From Paramecium tetraurelia (taxonomy: Eukaryota): DNA of 64,000 nt. Shown here piece after piece: positions 1 through 13,209 of this stretch. The translations under genes and the position numbers were made by a program. The DNA lies in contig CT868452.1 of the NCBI GenBank assembly GCA_000165425.1, forward strand, positions 62,001 through 126,000, written 5' to 3'. A model generated the notes under the pieces. That model had not been told where the DNA came from and did no database searches. It worked only from the letters and a program-made list of their open reading frames with translations. Numbering within the stretch: the stretch's first letter is position 1; every line of letters starts with the position of its first letter.

Positions 1-819
1 TAGATTGGAGTAGATCAGGAAGATTGATAGGAACTGGAAGCAATGATAAAACTGTTAAATTGTACAATGTAGAAGATGAAACAGATTTCGTTTTGATTGG
101 TCACAGGGGTTTAGTAAGATCAGTATGCTTCAGTGATGAGAATCGATTGATGTCAGCTGGATAGGATGCTGTTATCAAAATATGGGATGTGGAAACTTAA
201 AAATGCATTCGAAATCTCGAAGGCCACACATAAACAATATATTGGTATCCATATTAAATATAATGTTGATAGTCTCTAGACTGCAGGAGATGGATCCTAT
301 CAAGTATCGTGTGGTATGGATAGGACTTTGAGAATCTGGGATTAGAGAACTAGCAGGGCCTAAGGAGTAATGACCATGCAAACAGAAATTAATTATGTTT
401 CCCTGTCAGAATCAACAACCAATTATAATCTATAAAATTTAGTGAAGGGATCCAAGAAGGCTCCTTAGTTCTCATCTTAAGGATTGGCAGTACTTGCTCA
501 TTCTGATGGCGTAGTTTCAGTTTGGAATATTCAACATTAGAAGTGTGTAAAAACATTGAAACATCATACTATGGATTGTAGATGTGTTGAGTTTGATCCA
601 ACAGGTAGATATATCTGTAGTGTATCATTTGATTCAACTATTGCCCTTTATGATTGGGAACAACAGAAATTAATTACTTAAATTACTGATCACGAGGATC
701 GAGTAGTCTTATGTAAATGGCATCCATTCTATCCTTTTATTCTGAGCACATCAGCAGATTGTACTGGTAGAATATTTGCTCCTCATGGTTTTTTAGTATA
801 ATTAATGAAATCTTTATGA
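1..819 (+). CDS. WD40-repeat protein, 3' part (WDR47-like); start lies upstream of window
   Basis: WD motifs TGSNDKTVKL, GHRGLVRSVCF, LEGHINN, HTMDCRCVEFDPTG, DHEDRVVLCKWHPFYPFILSTSAD; tiny introns; TGA 817-819. Confidence 0.8.
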
Positions 820-905
820 AATAATTAAAATATTATCATTAAAAACTCTTATTTAGGATAGACCATATTATATTATTAATTTATTCAGTATAAATATATA
901 TAATA

Positions 906-1412
906 TCATTAAACAGAGATAATAAAAATCTATTAAATTTAAATTTGAAGTTGAAGGATTTCGCTATTGAATATGCTGCATTAATGCAATAGAGTTTTTG
1001 CTATTTAAATATTAGTATAGTTGCACTTGAGCATCAATCTCAGTTTGAATATTTAAAAATGATCTTCATGGTTCAACGATGAATTTCCAAGAATAATTAT
1101 CAACTTACTAATTGCAATGAACTCTAATATTTTTGCTTATTCTTGATAATACTTGATCTTATCTGTTTTAGAATCAAAGGTCCTACAGTAGATTTCAATC
1201 CTCCTAACTTCTAAAGTAGCAATTCCGCAAGTTCTTGTCTATCTTCGTTCAAAAAATAGTAAATCATTTGAATCTCTGAAGCAAGTTAATAATTGGAAAT
1301 CAATGCTTAGAAAAATTTGAACTAAATCTGGACAATACCTCATTTCAAAATCCTTTAATAAGCGAATAATATAGTTATAAATCAAAATTCTTTCTGCATC
1401 AAAAGTATTCAT
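906..1412 (-). CDS. hypothetical protein (~168 aa)
   Basis: Uninterrupted ciliate-code ORF MNTFDAERILIY... to TGA; no recognisable motif. Confidence 0.35.
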
Positions 1413-2310
1413 CCTAACCTCTTTGGCATATCTTCAGAATTAAATGGATTAATAATCAAATTATTTATCATCTTTATGTAATTGGATACAAAAATATGTA
1501 TTAAAAATAAAATCTCCTTTTCTGATAATCAAATAATAATCAATATATTATAGAACCATCTCAATTAAATGCAGAAATACTGTAATAGGTATATTAATGT
1601 GATATTATTAAGATATCCTCGATTCAATAGAAAATTAGTTGATAGCCTATTTTCTCCAAAAGTATAAAAACAATCAAAATAAAACACACTTTTAGCATAA
1701 AAATATATGGATCGCTTTTTGAATTTAAGAACTGATTAAAACATTTACATTAATTAATTTAAATAGGTATTATACTTGTATTAAATCTTTAGTAAAATTA
1801 CCTTTTTCATATTGTTAGGTAATATTTTTGTTAATCATTTAAATCAAATTAATTAAAAAAATAATTATCCATCAGATTTTTCTTTCTAAATAAAAAAAGG
1901 AGAAACGTGTAATGTCGTTAACTCATCCCTATACTAAAGGCTAATAAATTTTCTATGGTTAAATCTATAAAAAATATTAATAAAAGAGTTTATGATAAAC
2001 ATAGGTTTACTCTATCACCCAACCTTTCGATCAAATTTCCCTTATACTTTACCTTAGTGTACCTCACTTTCTCGAATGTATATTTCATATTCTTCCATTG
2101 AAAGCAACATATATGTTCCATAAATTTAAAATTATTACTATTTCATAAATGCTTTGAGATAAGGGTAATTATATCAATTATGCTATTTTAACTGCTATAA
2201 ATGTTATAATCCTAGGGGTTTATAATAGTTTATTAGTAATGATTAATTATATTTAAGATATATATGAATTTATGCAAATTTTGAGTAAAATTTGAATAAT
2301 TAAATTTATA

Positions 2311-3817
2311 ATGAGTTTAGAGATTCTCGATTATCTCAAGCAAGAGAATTAATAATTGTAAGAGCAGGTTCGTGAGCTCTAAGGATTGCTTTAATTGAAT
2401 AAGTAGGCCTTGAAGGTATTGATGCCTCAAACAAGTGATGAATAACATAAAGGACTATTAACAGTATTAAAGAATTTGTAGGAGGAAAATGAAACATTAC
2501 AAATGAAAATGGAGAAATTAGTTAAATAGCGTAACGAAGCTTAATGTGATTAATTGATAAATCAGCAAATAACAGAGGAGGTCTAAAGATAAGAGAAAGA
2601 ACTAATTTTATCATTACAATAAAAAATGCAGGGCTTGCAAGAAAATCTGATGTCTGCTGAAAGTAAGTTAGCGAAAATGGAGGAATTAAAACCGGAATAT
2701 GACGAAATAGCTGGAGTGGTAATCAAATTTAGAGAAGTATGTGATCCTGATCTTATTGGACTAAAAATGCATAATGAAATTCAAATGCTAAATGAGCAAC
2801 TCTTAATTGAGCAGAAATAGAAATAGAAATTAATCAAAGAAAAATAGAGCATATAAGGACTAAATTTAGTAATTTAAGAATTTTATTTTATTAGAGATTG
2901 ATGAATGAATTATTGCAATAAAAGAGCATGGCTCATGCTGGTAACAAACTGATTTTCATGAATAAAGATCCAGAATAATTAATTGATTTTTAGGCAAGAG
3001 CCCTTAAGTTAATGGATAACTCTTCCTCTTGTGATACACCTTCTTCAAAATCCTCAGAGGCTCCTCTAGATGGAAATTATTCTCCTAAGATTTAATAGTT
3101 TTAGTTGAATTCAACAAAGGGAACAGTTATTCCTAAGCTTGATTTAACAAGAGCTAAATAAATATAGGAGATTAATGCTAAAAGATAAATACAATAGACT
3201 TAAAAACCTTTGAATGATATCTAAAGTATGGAAAGGATTTAAAAACTCGAAAAAGCTCTGGATGAACTCAGAAAGAATCATTAAAGAGAAATGATCTTGA
3301 ACAGGACATTATAAGCACACAATGATGAGTTGTAAAGATATTGCGATGAGATGGAAGTAATATTAAATAGTAAATTAAGCATAGAATAAAATTGCTTACA
3401 AATTCAAATCTTCGGTATTAAGAAAGAGCCAAAAAGATGAATTCAAATTATAAGTTCTTGCACCAGTTTTATTTGAATCATAAGGACTTATTACCAACAA
3501 CTTCAATAAGTAGCAATCATTAAAGATAAACATCTGCAAATTAAATTGAAGATGAATAATCTTAATCTAAATAATTTGATATTGATGAGATGGAAAGCCC
3601 AATTTAAAGATAGAATAATGAGCCTTTAATATAATAATAATTAGCATCAAGTGTTTATTATTATATACCAAATAAGAAAGATGAATCAGTAAAATATTTA
3701 TTGCAGACGGCTTAATAGATATATTCAACAATTTATGAAAGAGTGAATCGTGTGATACAAGAAGAGCCATAATGCAAACACAGATTCCGATCATTTAGCG
3801 AGATCATAATAAATTGA
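2311..3817 (+). CDS. coiled-coil hypothetical protein
   Basis: MSLEILDYLKQENQQLQEQVRELQGLLQLNK...; heptad E/Q/L/K-rich; short introns; TGA 3815-3817. Confidence 0.7.
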
Positions 3818-3856
3818 TCATTACTGAGTAAAATTATTTATTATTATGTATCTATT

Positions 3857-4989
3857 TCATTATCTTTTAATTCCGCTTCCATGTAAAGCACTTATACATT
3901 CTGCGACAGTATCCAAATTGCTGTGATATTCAGAAATTAATATGTTATGGCTGTTTGTTGCTAAGCCTTTCTCTTAAATGGATTATTTCAAACTTTCCCT
4001 TGCAGCATCAAGATTTGCTTGAGCTTCGTTAGCTAATTGTCTTCTTGAATCGATTTCGCCTTAAAATAGACCATATTCTTACTGTCCTTTCCTTAGATAT
4101 CTTATTGCAATTATGGAATGACATCTTTGACCAATGAATCAATTTTTGCATTCAATAACTCAAACAAATCTTAGGCTTATTGTTAGGCTGCTGTAAAGCC
4201 TGCTTGCAATGTTTGAATATTTTGATTAAATTAATCTCTAATGTTTTGTAATAAATTAATGACTCTAACAACTTGAAGTGAATAAATACTTTTATAAGTT
4301 TTATGCACTCTTGTAATCTTCAGTGTTTAATTAAAGTAACAAGCTATGTAATTCTGGTGTTCCTGAGACTAAAGAAGACAATTATTGAGCATCTTCTTCA
4401 ACAAATGAGGAGTCTATCTTTAATTGATGATTTACACTTTGCTTTATCTAACACTTTCAATGCTTCATCGATCACAACAATAGCAGCACTCAATTAACTG
4501 GTTCTTGTTTTGAAATCAGCTGAATCTTCTCTTTATTAATTCTCGATGTTAGCCTTTTATTGTTTAGTGCCTCCTAATTCGGTTCTTGTCCTTTCAAGGT
4601 CTTCCTCCAGAGAAATTCTTGACTTTAAGATTTCCCTGATTTAAATATTGTACTCAGCCACCTCACTTTCATATTGAGCAATAAGAGCTTTATAATTTGT
4701 TTCCTCTGTTTCTACTTATTAGACGAATGCTCCATATGATGAATTTTCATCGGCTATGGTTTGCTGAGATTAATCGATATATTACTTCAATGAGTGAAGC
4801 CCAGGCTTCCAATGCATCGAATAGGGGATTGAAATTAGGTGAACCCAATTCAACCATAGCAAGAACTGCTCTACCCATACTTGTGGCTTTTAAATTGTTG
4901 GTCAAAGCATCTTACAAAATTGTTGCTTATTCATTCACTTGTACTCCAAGTGCCAATCCTAAGAGAACAATCAAGACAAATGTTTTCAT
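3857..4989 (-). CDS. trichocyst matrix protein / granule-lattice-type precursor
   Basis: Signal peptide MKTFVLIVLLGLALG, then SMGRAVLAMVEL; two coiled-coil halves joined by an SSFVE linker; ends ECISALHGSGIKRQ*; ~350 aa. Confidence 0.7.
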
Positions 4990-5043
4990 TATTTATAATA
5001 ACATAATCCGTTTTTATATGCATAAAATATATTATTTTTGTTA

Positions 5044-6041
5044 TCATTTCTTTCTATAAACTGTAATCTCCTATTATTTAAAATATTTTCTATCATCCTC
5101 ATCAATTAATATCAAATTTAAAATGTATTTCACACTAAACTTGCCACTCACATTTTTTAAAGTAGGTGACATATCAATGCCACTCAAAAAAAGTCGAATG
5201 GGGACTACTTCTCCCTTTTAAGGACACCCATCCATCAATTCGTACTTCACAAGGATATCATTCTCTGTTTACTGAGTATTACCTTATCCAATTTATTCCT
5301 TACGAATCACAGCTAACTCCATGTACTTGATTTTTATTTTAACTAAATAAAAGTTCACTTTCCCTGTTACAACATCCCTCAAATGGTATCTTGATTTAAA
5401 GTATTCAAAATCTATGTGTAAACAATCTTCGATTCCCACTTCAAGCTTTAAGGAAGTTTAGGGTTAATCTTCTTAATCTTATTCCACTATTTAAACTGCA
5501 AACTCTACTTCCTTTTTCACTTATCCGTAATTTCTATTCATTGTAACCCGTAAATAATATCTATTTTTAATTAACACCCTATCTTACCTCAATTTGACCT
5601 CCTTGCCATAATAGCTTTCATATTGTTTCTCAAATTTATTAAATTAGAATTTATAAGTTTTATCTTCCATCAAAATACCTTAAGCATCCAATTCTCTGCC
5701 CATTGACATAAAATCGGATGATTGCTTTTAATCATTTAGAATTTCTAGATAATTTCTATAAATTACCAATTCTCCCAATTAATTCGATACGAATTCCCAA
5801 GTGTTCAATCTTTTTATTTTTATTCATCTTCAAATCTACAACACCCGAAATGTCATCATCACCCTTGATTGTTCAAATTATATATTACTTAATATATAGG
5901 CAATTTTAGCAAGCCTTATTGCTTGTCATTGAATCTCCCTGTTTTCCTTGAATCTAATCCATCTAAGTATATATCTATTGTTGGAGCTCCTTACACCAAA
6001 TTTAGCAATGCTGCCTCTCTATAAAAGTCTAATCATACCAT
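5044..6041 (-). CDS. VPS26: retromer subunit VPS26
   Basis: [79 protein letters not shown]. Confidence 0.95.
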
Positions 6042-6096
6042 GAATTCTAGATTAAAGTAAAAATATATTTAATTAATTAAAAGTATTTTTCAGTAT

Positions 6097-7174
6097 TCAT
6101 ATATAAGATAAAACCTTCAAAATCTCTAAATGTCTAAGCTTCAAAGCAAGCTATCTAGGGGTTTGCCCCCATATATCTTTTAACGATTCGTCAGCCTAGT
6201 GTCTCAATAGCAATTCAACCATCTCTTTTAAATTCCTTTTGCAGGCTATATGCAATGGTGTTTCTTAAATCTAATATATTTGATTAATTGATACTCTATT
6301 TCTAATATTTATTAAATTTTTGTTTTCCATAAGTAATTTATGAACTGTAAAACTATCATTTTTAAGTATTGCATCAAAAAGTTGATTTTCAGAATCATTT
6401 GACCTTTTTATTAACTTTGAAATTAAGTTGATAATTTACTTTGATATTTAGTTTTTGCAGTTATTAACTAATCAACTAAACTTTATCCGGATTAGTTTGG
6501 TATTAGTCAAATTCCTATTCTGATGTTAGTCGTGGTTGAGGTATTGGCTTACTTTTGAGCAGCACTTTGTATTTGTTTTAGTTCTCAATTGTTGAATACT
6601 TGTGCGTAGGCAGATTCAAGTCTTCTTGTCTCCTAAAAAATTAAGAAATTGAATTTACATTCCAGTTGGTGTCATCAACTCTTCTGAATAATACTTGCTA
6701 TACAGATTGCATCTTTCCTCAAATTCTCTAACTCCTTTATTTGTCATTTTCTATATATCATCCAGGTCTTTCTTTAAGAGATTTTTAGATTTAGTCAGTA
6801 ACTCTTATTTTCTTTTTGATTGCTATTCAGATACTTCTTTTTGATATCTTTCCAATTTTAGTTAAAAGTAACTTTTTTTTTTCCTTTTGAGTTATTCTTT
6901 ATTCTCAACACTCTTTGGCTTCCCCACATCCTCTTTGATTGTCTGCGTAATCATTTTCTAAGATCTTTGAGTCAAAGGAACTTAGTGTAGCGAAGTTACA
7001 TGAAATGAAGCAGGATGATTATTTCTTTCATTCTTGAGATACGAGAAAATCTCATAATCATCCATCAATTCTATCGTTTCACAACAGAGAAATACTTTTT
7101 TATTCCGGCGATATGCGTTCTGAAACAGCCTTCTTTCGTTTAAAAACAGGATCTCTCTTAACAACAAAAAGCAT
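6097..7174 (-). CDS. protein with C-terminal ankyrin repeats
   Basis: MLFVVKRDPVFKR..., intron 25 nt, C-terminal TPLHIACKR...IELLLRHQADESLKDIWGQTPRQLA. Confidence 0.75.
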
Positions 7175-7193
7175 AATTATATAAATATAAACA

Positions 7194-7861
7194 TCAACGA
7201 ATTGAAGCATATTAAGTAATTTCAGGTGTTTTAAAGTCTGGGAAACTCAAACCTTGATTTTGTTTCCTAAAATATAATTAATTTAAATTATGTACTCTCT
7301 TGGTCCAAATATTTTCACTTATCTGATATGCGTGTCCTTTCCACTATGTTAATTCTGTAAGACCACTATTTGGATATTAATGGTAGAAACGTAAGGCCTA
7401 ACATAATTTAAGCATATACTTTTCTTAGCCATTAAGCAATTTGGTCTTGAGTGCAAATACATACCATCCATATGGTTCCTTCAATTCAATGAATTACACT
7501 TCCTAATTCTATTCATCAAATATACCTTCATATCCTAGATATTAGTTCCTGTTCGTATGGAAAGTTTGTTTGGAGTATAACTTTCATCTTATTTGAAATC
7601 TAAATACAAAGCAACTTCCTAAACTCTCATTTTCTTTAAAAATTATATTGTTATATAGTGTGGTTGTGTTCCATCTGACTACCAAAATGTATTCAAATTA
7701 TCATCCCTTAATTGATCTACTCCATTTCCTGTCTTGGCCGATGATAGAGTCCAAATAGCCTAATCACCAATTTCTTTTCTTTGCATATTAGCTACAGGTG
7801 CCATATTGGTTTGAGTGTATGGAGTCTAAATTGATGAGTAAAAAGGATTTTCTATGTTCAT
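7194..7861 (-). CDS. APC10: anaphase-promoting complex subunit 10 (DOC1)
   Basis: [72 protein letters not shown], C-terminal IR tail. Confidence 0.95.
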
Positions 7862-8172
7862 GTTAAATTTCAAATATTTATATATTAGAACTAAATTTTA
7901 ATATAATTATCAATGATAATAAATAGGGGAAAAATTTCAATTTTTATTTCCAATATTCCTAGTCTTTCTGGTGTGAATCATCGCAAATTTATGTTGCCTA
8001 TCTAATTTTAACATTTCTTCAGGAATCACATTTAATTATTAAAGAATGTGTTCGCTTTATTCGTTTATAATATGGGAAATGGTAATGATTATAGCTTTCA
8101 TCTACTGAAAATAGCCATTATCTTACAGAAGTTAAGATTATATTATATAAATATAGTTTTAATCAAAAGTGT

Positions 8173-8769
8173 TCAAAATTTGCTTTGAGGAATGTTATAA
8201 CTAATTAAAAGTCTATTTTGTATTTCTATTCTAGTTTTTAGTTTTAATATTTCTTGATTTAAATCCTTTTCTCTTTTTATAAATTTTTTTTCTCTTTACT
8301 TGAAATGTTAAATCAATGATTTTGTTTTCAATAATAGGGCATCAAACTTTATTTGGAAATCATAGGATAACGGATTTGGTTGAATAGAATTTTACTTATG
8401 TTTCTGCTTCTTTGGAGATTGTTAAGTTACATTTTTTTAAGATTTTAAATTCATCGTAGAACTTAAATTTATTGCTTTTGGACTTGTGCTCTGGGATTTA
8501 GTATTCGATAAGCATAAAGTTGATGATTGCATAGACATTCTTTTTGTGCTACTCGAGTAATTCTCGAACAAACGAGAGTCTGTTTTACATCTACTATTGC
8601 TAATGCTTATCCTGTTATTATGCCGCGAACCTTTTTCGTAAATTCTTTAACTTCTAAAATAATCATTAAAACTGTTTAAGTTATTATATTTAGTTATTGA
8701 TGGCTAACTCAAATTTGCTTTATGTTTTGCATTCTTTAATTTAGGTGATATAACCTTAATACTAATCAT
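8173..8769 (-). CDS. hypothetical basic Ser-rich protein with C-terminal coiled coil
   Basis: Uninterrupted ciliate-code ORF MISIKVISPKLK... ending YNIPQSKF*. Confidence 0.55.
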
Positions 8770-8825
8770 TTATTAATATTATAAAATATAATTAAAATCA
8801 TTCTATTCATCTATTGAGTAATGGG

Positions 8826-9943
8826 ATGAATAATATTAATATTTAGATATCAGAATTCATATGTATTCTAGAAGTTTATAAGCTCTTGAAGTTGAAAATC
8901 TATTTTGGATTTGTAAACACTACATTCTTTTAGAAAACAGTAACTCTTTAATTAATACTTAAAAATTAATTTAAAAAATATATATTGTTATAATATTATT
9001 ATTATTGAAAGAATCTAAAAGTTTGATGTTGAAGAAGATCATTTTGATTAAACTTTCATTAAAAGTAATATTTAATCATTACACTCTATATCATGGCAAA
9101 CAAAATATTTCAAATTAATGTTTTGAAATTACAACTATTTGAGGATATCAAAGGTTAATCATTTAGAATCTCAATTTAAGTTAAAAATTAAATTACAATT
9201 TTTGAGGAAAAATTATTATAGGAGCCAAAGTGCTTTACCAAATTAAGGAATATTATTATTTTTGATTGAGGTGATATCAAGGTGAAGCCTATTCAGAAAA
9301 TAAATTTATCTGGTCGATTACTTTAAAGTTACGTAAAAGAACTAATTTAGAGTAAAGTTGGATATTGTATTGAATGAAAATAAGGCATAGAGAACCCTTA
9401 ATGATATGAAATCTCTCATAAAAACATGCTATGCCCTTCTTTTGGATGAAATACTTAATTTAGAATAAAAAATGACACTCAATATCCACCTAGATAGGAA
9501 ACTTATATATTGAATTTCACACTCTAGGAAGATAATCTAAGATATTTCAAGAAGTGGTTTAACATCTAACTGCAGCAAGACTTAAAAGTTTGTAAGATAT
9601 GAGCAAGAAATAGGATTTTAATTTAAAGATATCCATTATCTCATTAAATTAAGATGATCCGCTTTATTAAACAATAAAAAGATTCATAGTGGTAGTCATT
9701 AAATTCATATTACCAAATCAGATAATTAGGAGTATCAAATACAGCTTATAAAACCAGCGTGGTTATATAAAAGTTAGAACAAAATTCAAAGTGTCATCAG
9801 AGGTAAAGGAATAGGGATTAAACACAAAAGGTTAAAAGAAGAGCCTTTTAGGTGGTTAATTAATTCAAGAAATACTAAGTAGAAAAAGGTTTAGATCCAG
9901 AACAGAGATTTTATGATGATAAGCTGCAAATATTATTTAGTGA
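8826..9943 (+). CDS. hypothetical protein
   Basis: Coding-like frames (MNNINIQISEFICILEVY...) broken by short AT-rich introns; no recognised motif; boundaries approximate. Confidence 0.5.
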
Positions 9944-10206
9944 ATAATTATTCAATTGGATTACCATTAAGTGGGAATAGATAATTCTTTTTAGAGAAAA
10001 GCAAAATCTTAGATGACACATTATATAATAAATTGATAAAATTGTTAGTTATTTAATTTGGATTCTGCTAGAAAATGGATCGCGATAAGTTGAGTTTAAA
10101 TATCCGTTAGATTTATAAATTATATGACTAACATTATGTAAAATTGGATATGCGAAATAAAGATTTTTGAGTTTGAGTTGATTATTACGCAAATTTAATA
10201 AATAAT

Positions 10207-11724
10207 ATGTCAGACAATTCAGATAATGTGTTGACCCAATCCACCGGTTGTCCAGTAGATGACAATCAAAACTCTTTGACAGCAGGAGAATATGGACCCA
10301 TCCTTTTGCAGGACACTCATCTCATTGATAAATTAGCTCATTTTGATAGAGAGAGAATTCCAGAAAGAGTTGTCCATGCCAAAGGAGCAGGTATTTGATA
10401 TCTTTGACATGTAAAGGTGCTTATGGATACTTTGAAGTGACAGGAGATGTGACTAAGTACACAAAAGCCAAATTTTTGGATACAGTTGGAAAAAGAACAC
10501 CAATTTTCACAAGATTCTCTACTGTGGGAGGTGAGAAGGGATCAGCAGATTCTGAAAGAGATCCAAGAGGATTCGCTGTTAAGTTTTACACTGAAGAAGG
10601 CAATTATGATATGACAGGAAACAATACACCAGTCTTCTTCATAAGAGATCCAAGTAAATTCCCAGATTTTATTCACACATAAAAAAGAAATCCTTAAACT
10701 AACTTAAAGGATGCTAATATGTTCTGGGATTTCTTGAGTTTGGTGCCTGAAAGTGCTCACTAAGTCACCATTCTCTTTTCAAATAGAGGTACTCCAAATG
10801 GATATAGACATATGAATGGATATACATCACATACATTCAGATGGGTCAATAAGGAAGGAGAAGCATTTTGGATTAAATTACACTTCAAAACAGATTCTGG
10901 TAATAAGACATTTACAGGTGCTGAAGCTGATGAATTAAAGAGAACAAATGCAGATTATGCTACTCAAGATTTGTTTGAACATCTTGCTACTGGTAAGACA
11001 GCTACTTGGACGGTCTAAGTTCAAGTTATGCCAGAATAGGATGGATTCAAATATAAATGGAATATTTTTGATGTCACTAAAGTATGGCCACACAGTGATT
11101 ATCCATGTCTTAATTTCGGAAAAATGGTTTTGAATAGAAATCCAGAAAACTACTTCTAAGAAGTTGAACAATCAGCTTTCAGTCCAGGACATTTAGTCCC
11201 AGGTATTGAACCATCATTGGATAAAATGTTATAAGGAAGATTGTTCTCATATCCAGATACTCACAGACACAGATTAGGAACCAATTATACACAACTCCCA
11301 GTCAACTGTCCATACAGAGCTAGAGTCATCAATCAATAAAGAGATGGACCTTAATCCTACAATAACTAAGGAAATAGACCAAATTATGAACCTAATTCAT
11401 TTTAACCATTAAAGATGATTCCAGAAACCAAGACTAGTTAATATAGAGTAACTGGTTTAATCGGAAGATATAAACCATCACATCCAAATGATGATTTCGC
11501 TCAACCAGGAGTTCTATACAGAAAGGTTATGAATGATTTTGAAAGATAATGGTTAATAACCAATATTGTTGGAAATTTGAAAGTATTTGTTTAATTAATA
11601 ATGTTAGAATGCCAATAGAGTAATCCAAGAGAGACAAGTTAAAGTGTTTACTAAATGTGACCCAGAGTATGGAGAGAAGATTGCTTAAGGATTAGGATTC
11701 CCCAACAACAAAGCCAGATTGTGA
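10207..11724 (+). CDS. CAT: monofunctional heme catalase, peroxisomal
   Basis: [43 protein letters not shown]; introns ~10391-10416 and ~11583-11607; C-terminus ARL* (PTS1). Confidence 0.98.
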
Positions 11725-11750
11725 TCAGCATAATCAATTATATCATATTA

Positions 11751-12651
11751 TCACATTATTTTTTTATCCTGATTCTTACTATTGACTTTGCTTCTAAGCC
11801 AAGTTGGGATGTAAGGAATTGGATACTTTTCTTAGTTGTATCCGGTTCCAAATATAAAATCGCTTAATCCCCAAATGCTGAAATTGCATGAATAGTAATA
11901 ATGATGTAAGGTATGTCCAGCTGGGTCCCATCTTCCATCGTGTGCAAGTTAAGCATATACTGATGTTAATAGCCCAAAGACGTGATGACACACTGGATGG
12001 AATGGATAGATAAATGTTGGTAGGAAATGTCCGATAGGCCCTTAAATCAATGCTTCTACTGGATGTACAGCATCTTAAGCATAAGCTCCAGGTTCAACAA
12101 ATTCATGATGTTCTCCATGAAAATGTTTCCAAAAAAAGGGCATGTGTCCAATTATATGTGAAGTATAAAACCACACATCAAATGTCACCATGTATCTTAA
12201 TTCATAAATGATATTATCTTACATGATTAAGGAAACAAAGAATTCTTTCAATCCGAATTCATGTGTCTCATAATACCCATAATAAGGATTCAAAGGCTGT
12301 ATCTTCCATATTATTCCTGTTGTTAATAAAATTACGTAGAACAGAGCTTTGATTCCCCTCCTCATTTCTTCCCTTGTTTATTCGATTCTTTCAGGAGTCT
12401 TTGGAGCTGGATGACTCCAAACCAAAATTTGACTAATACAAAAGTACATGGAATAATAGAACAACCTATATAAGGTTATTAATTTACCCTATGTACACAC
12501 ATGCTATCAAATATTCAAAAATTGAATTTATCTCTAAAACGTTATAACTTAAAGAATCTGGGAATTTTAGGAAGGGTATTGTTACATAGTCATTGGGATT
12601 AAAGCAATAACTACTCATGATTGATATCATCAATAATAAGAGTTTCATCAT
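11751..12651 (-). CDS. fatty acid hydroxylase / sterol desaturase family membrane enzyme
   Basis: His boxes HIIGH, HGEHH, HTLHH plus AHDG; AQDAVHPVEA resembles the sterol C5-desaturase motif; hydrophobic segments. Confidence 0.85.
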
Positions 12652-13209
12652 TTTTTCTAAATTATTAGATATTAATATATATAATAATAGTTCTATTTTC
12701 GATTAAATTAATACTAAATTGTTATACTAATCATTCATGTTAAAAGAAATCTATTCACCAACACAAATTTTTATTTTGCAGCAATCCTTATATATGGAGA
12801 TTGATTGATATCAAGTGTTAATAATTGTATTAATATCTTCTTTCGTATTTTTTTAAGTATTTTATAGTAATTGTCACTTGACAACCATTGGACCAATAAT
12901 TCTCCCTATGTAGTGTTATTTTATAGAAAATTTATATTTTAATTTAATGAATTTATATAAAGATTGTTGACATATTGTTGAATAAGAAAGATTCAAACAA
13001 TATTTCCCTAAATGGATGAACTAAAACTATACATTCTTTGCGAAATTCAATAATTTAAGCACTTATTTTTTGCTATTGGACATTTTCTTAATTTTCAATT
13101 TTAATTTCGATAAAATGATTGTACTTTTATTTATTTCGTTGAGTAAAATATATTTTATTCAATTATAAATATAAAATAATAAAATAAAGTTCTCTAATTA
13201 ATATTAATA

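Noticed and set aside
2214..2222. ggggttt telomere-like word (also near 6157)
   Set aside because: Single copies; no tandem G4T2/G3T3 tract
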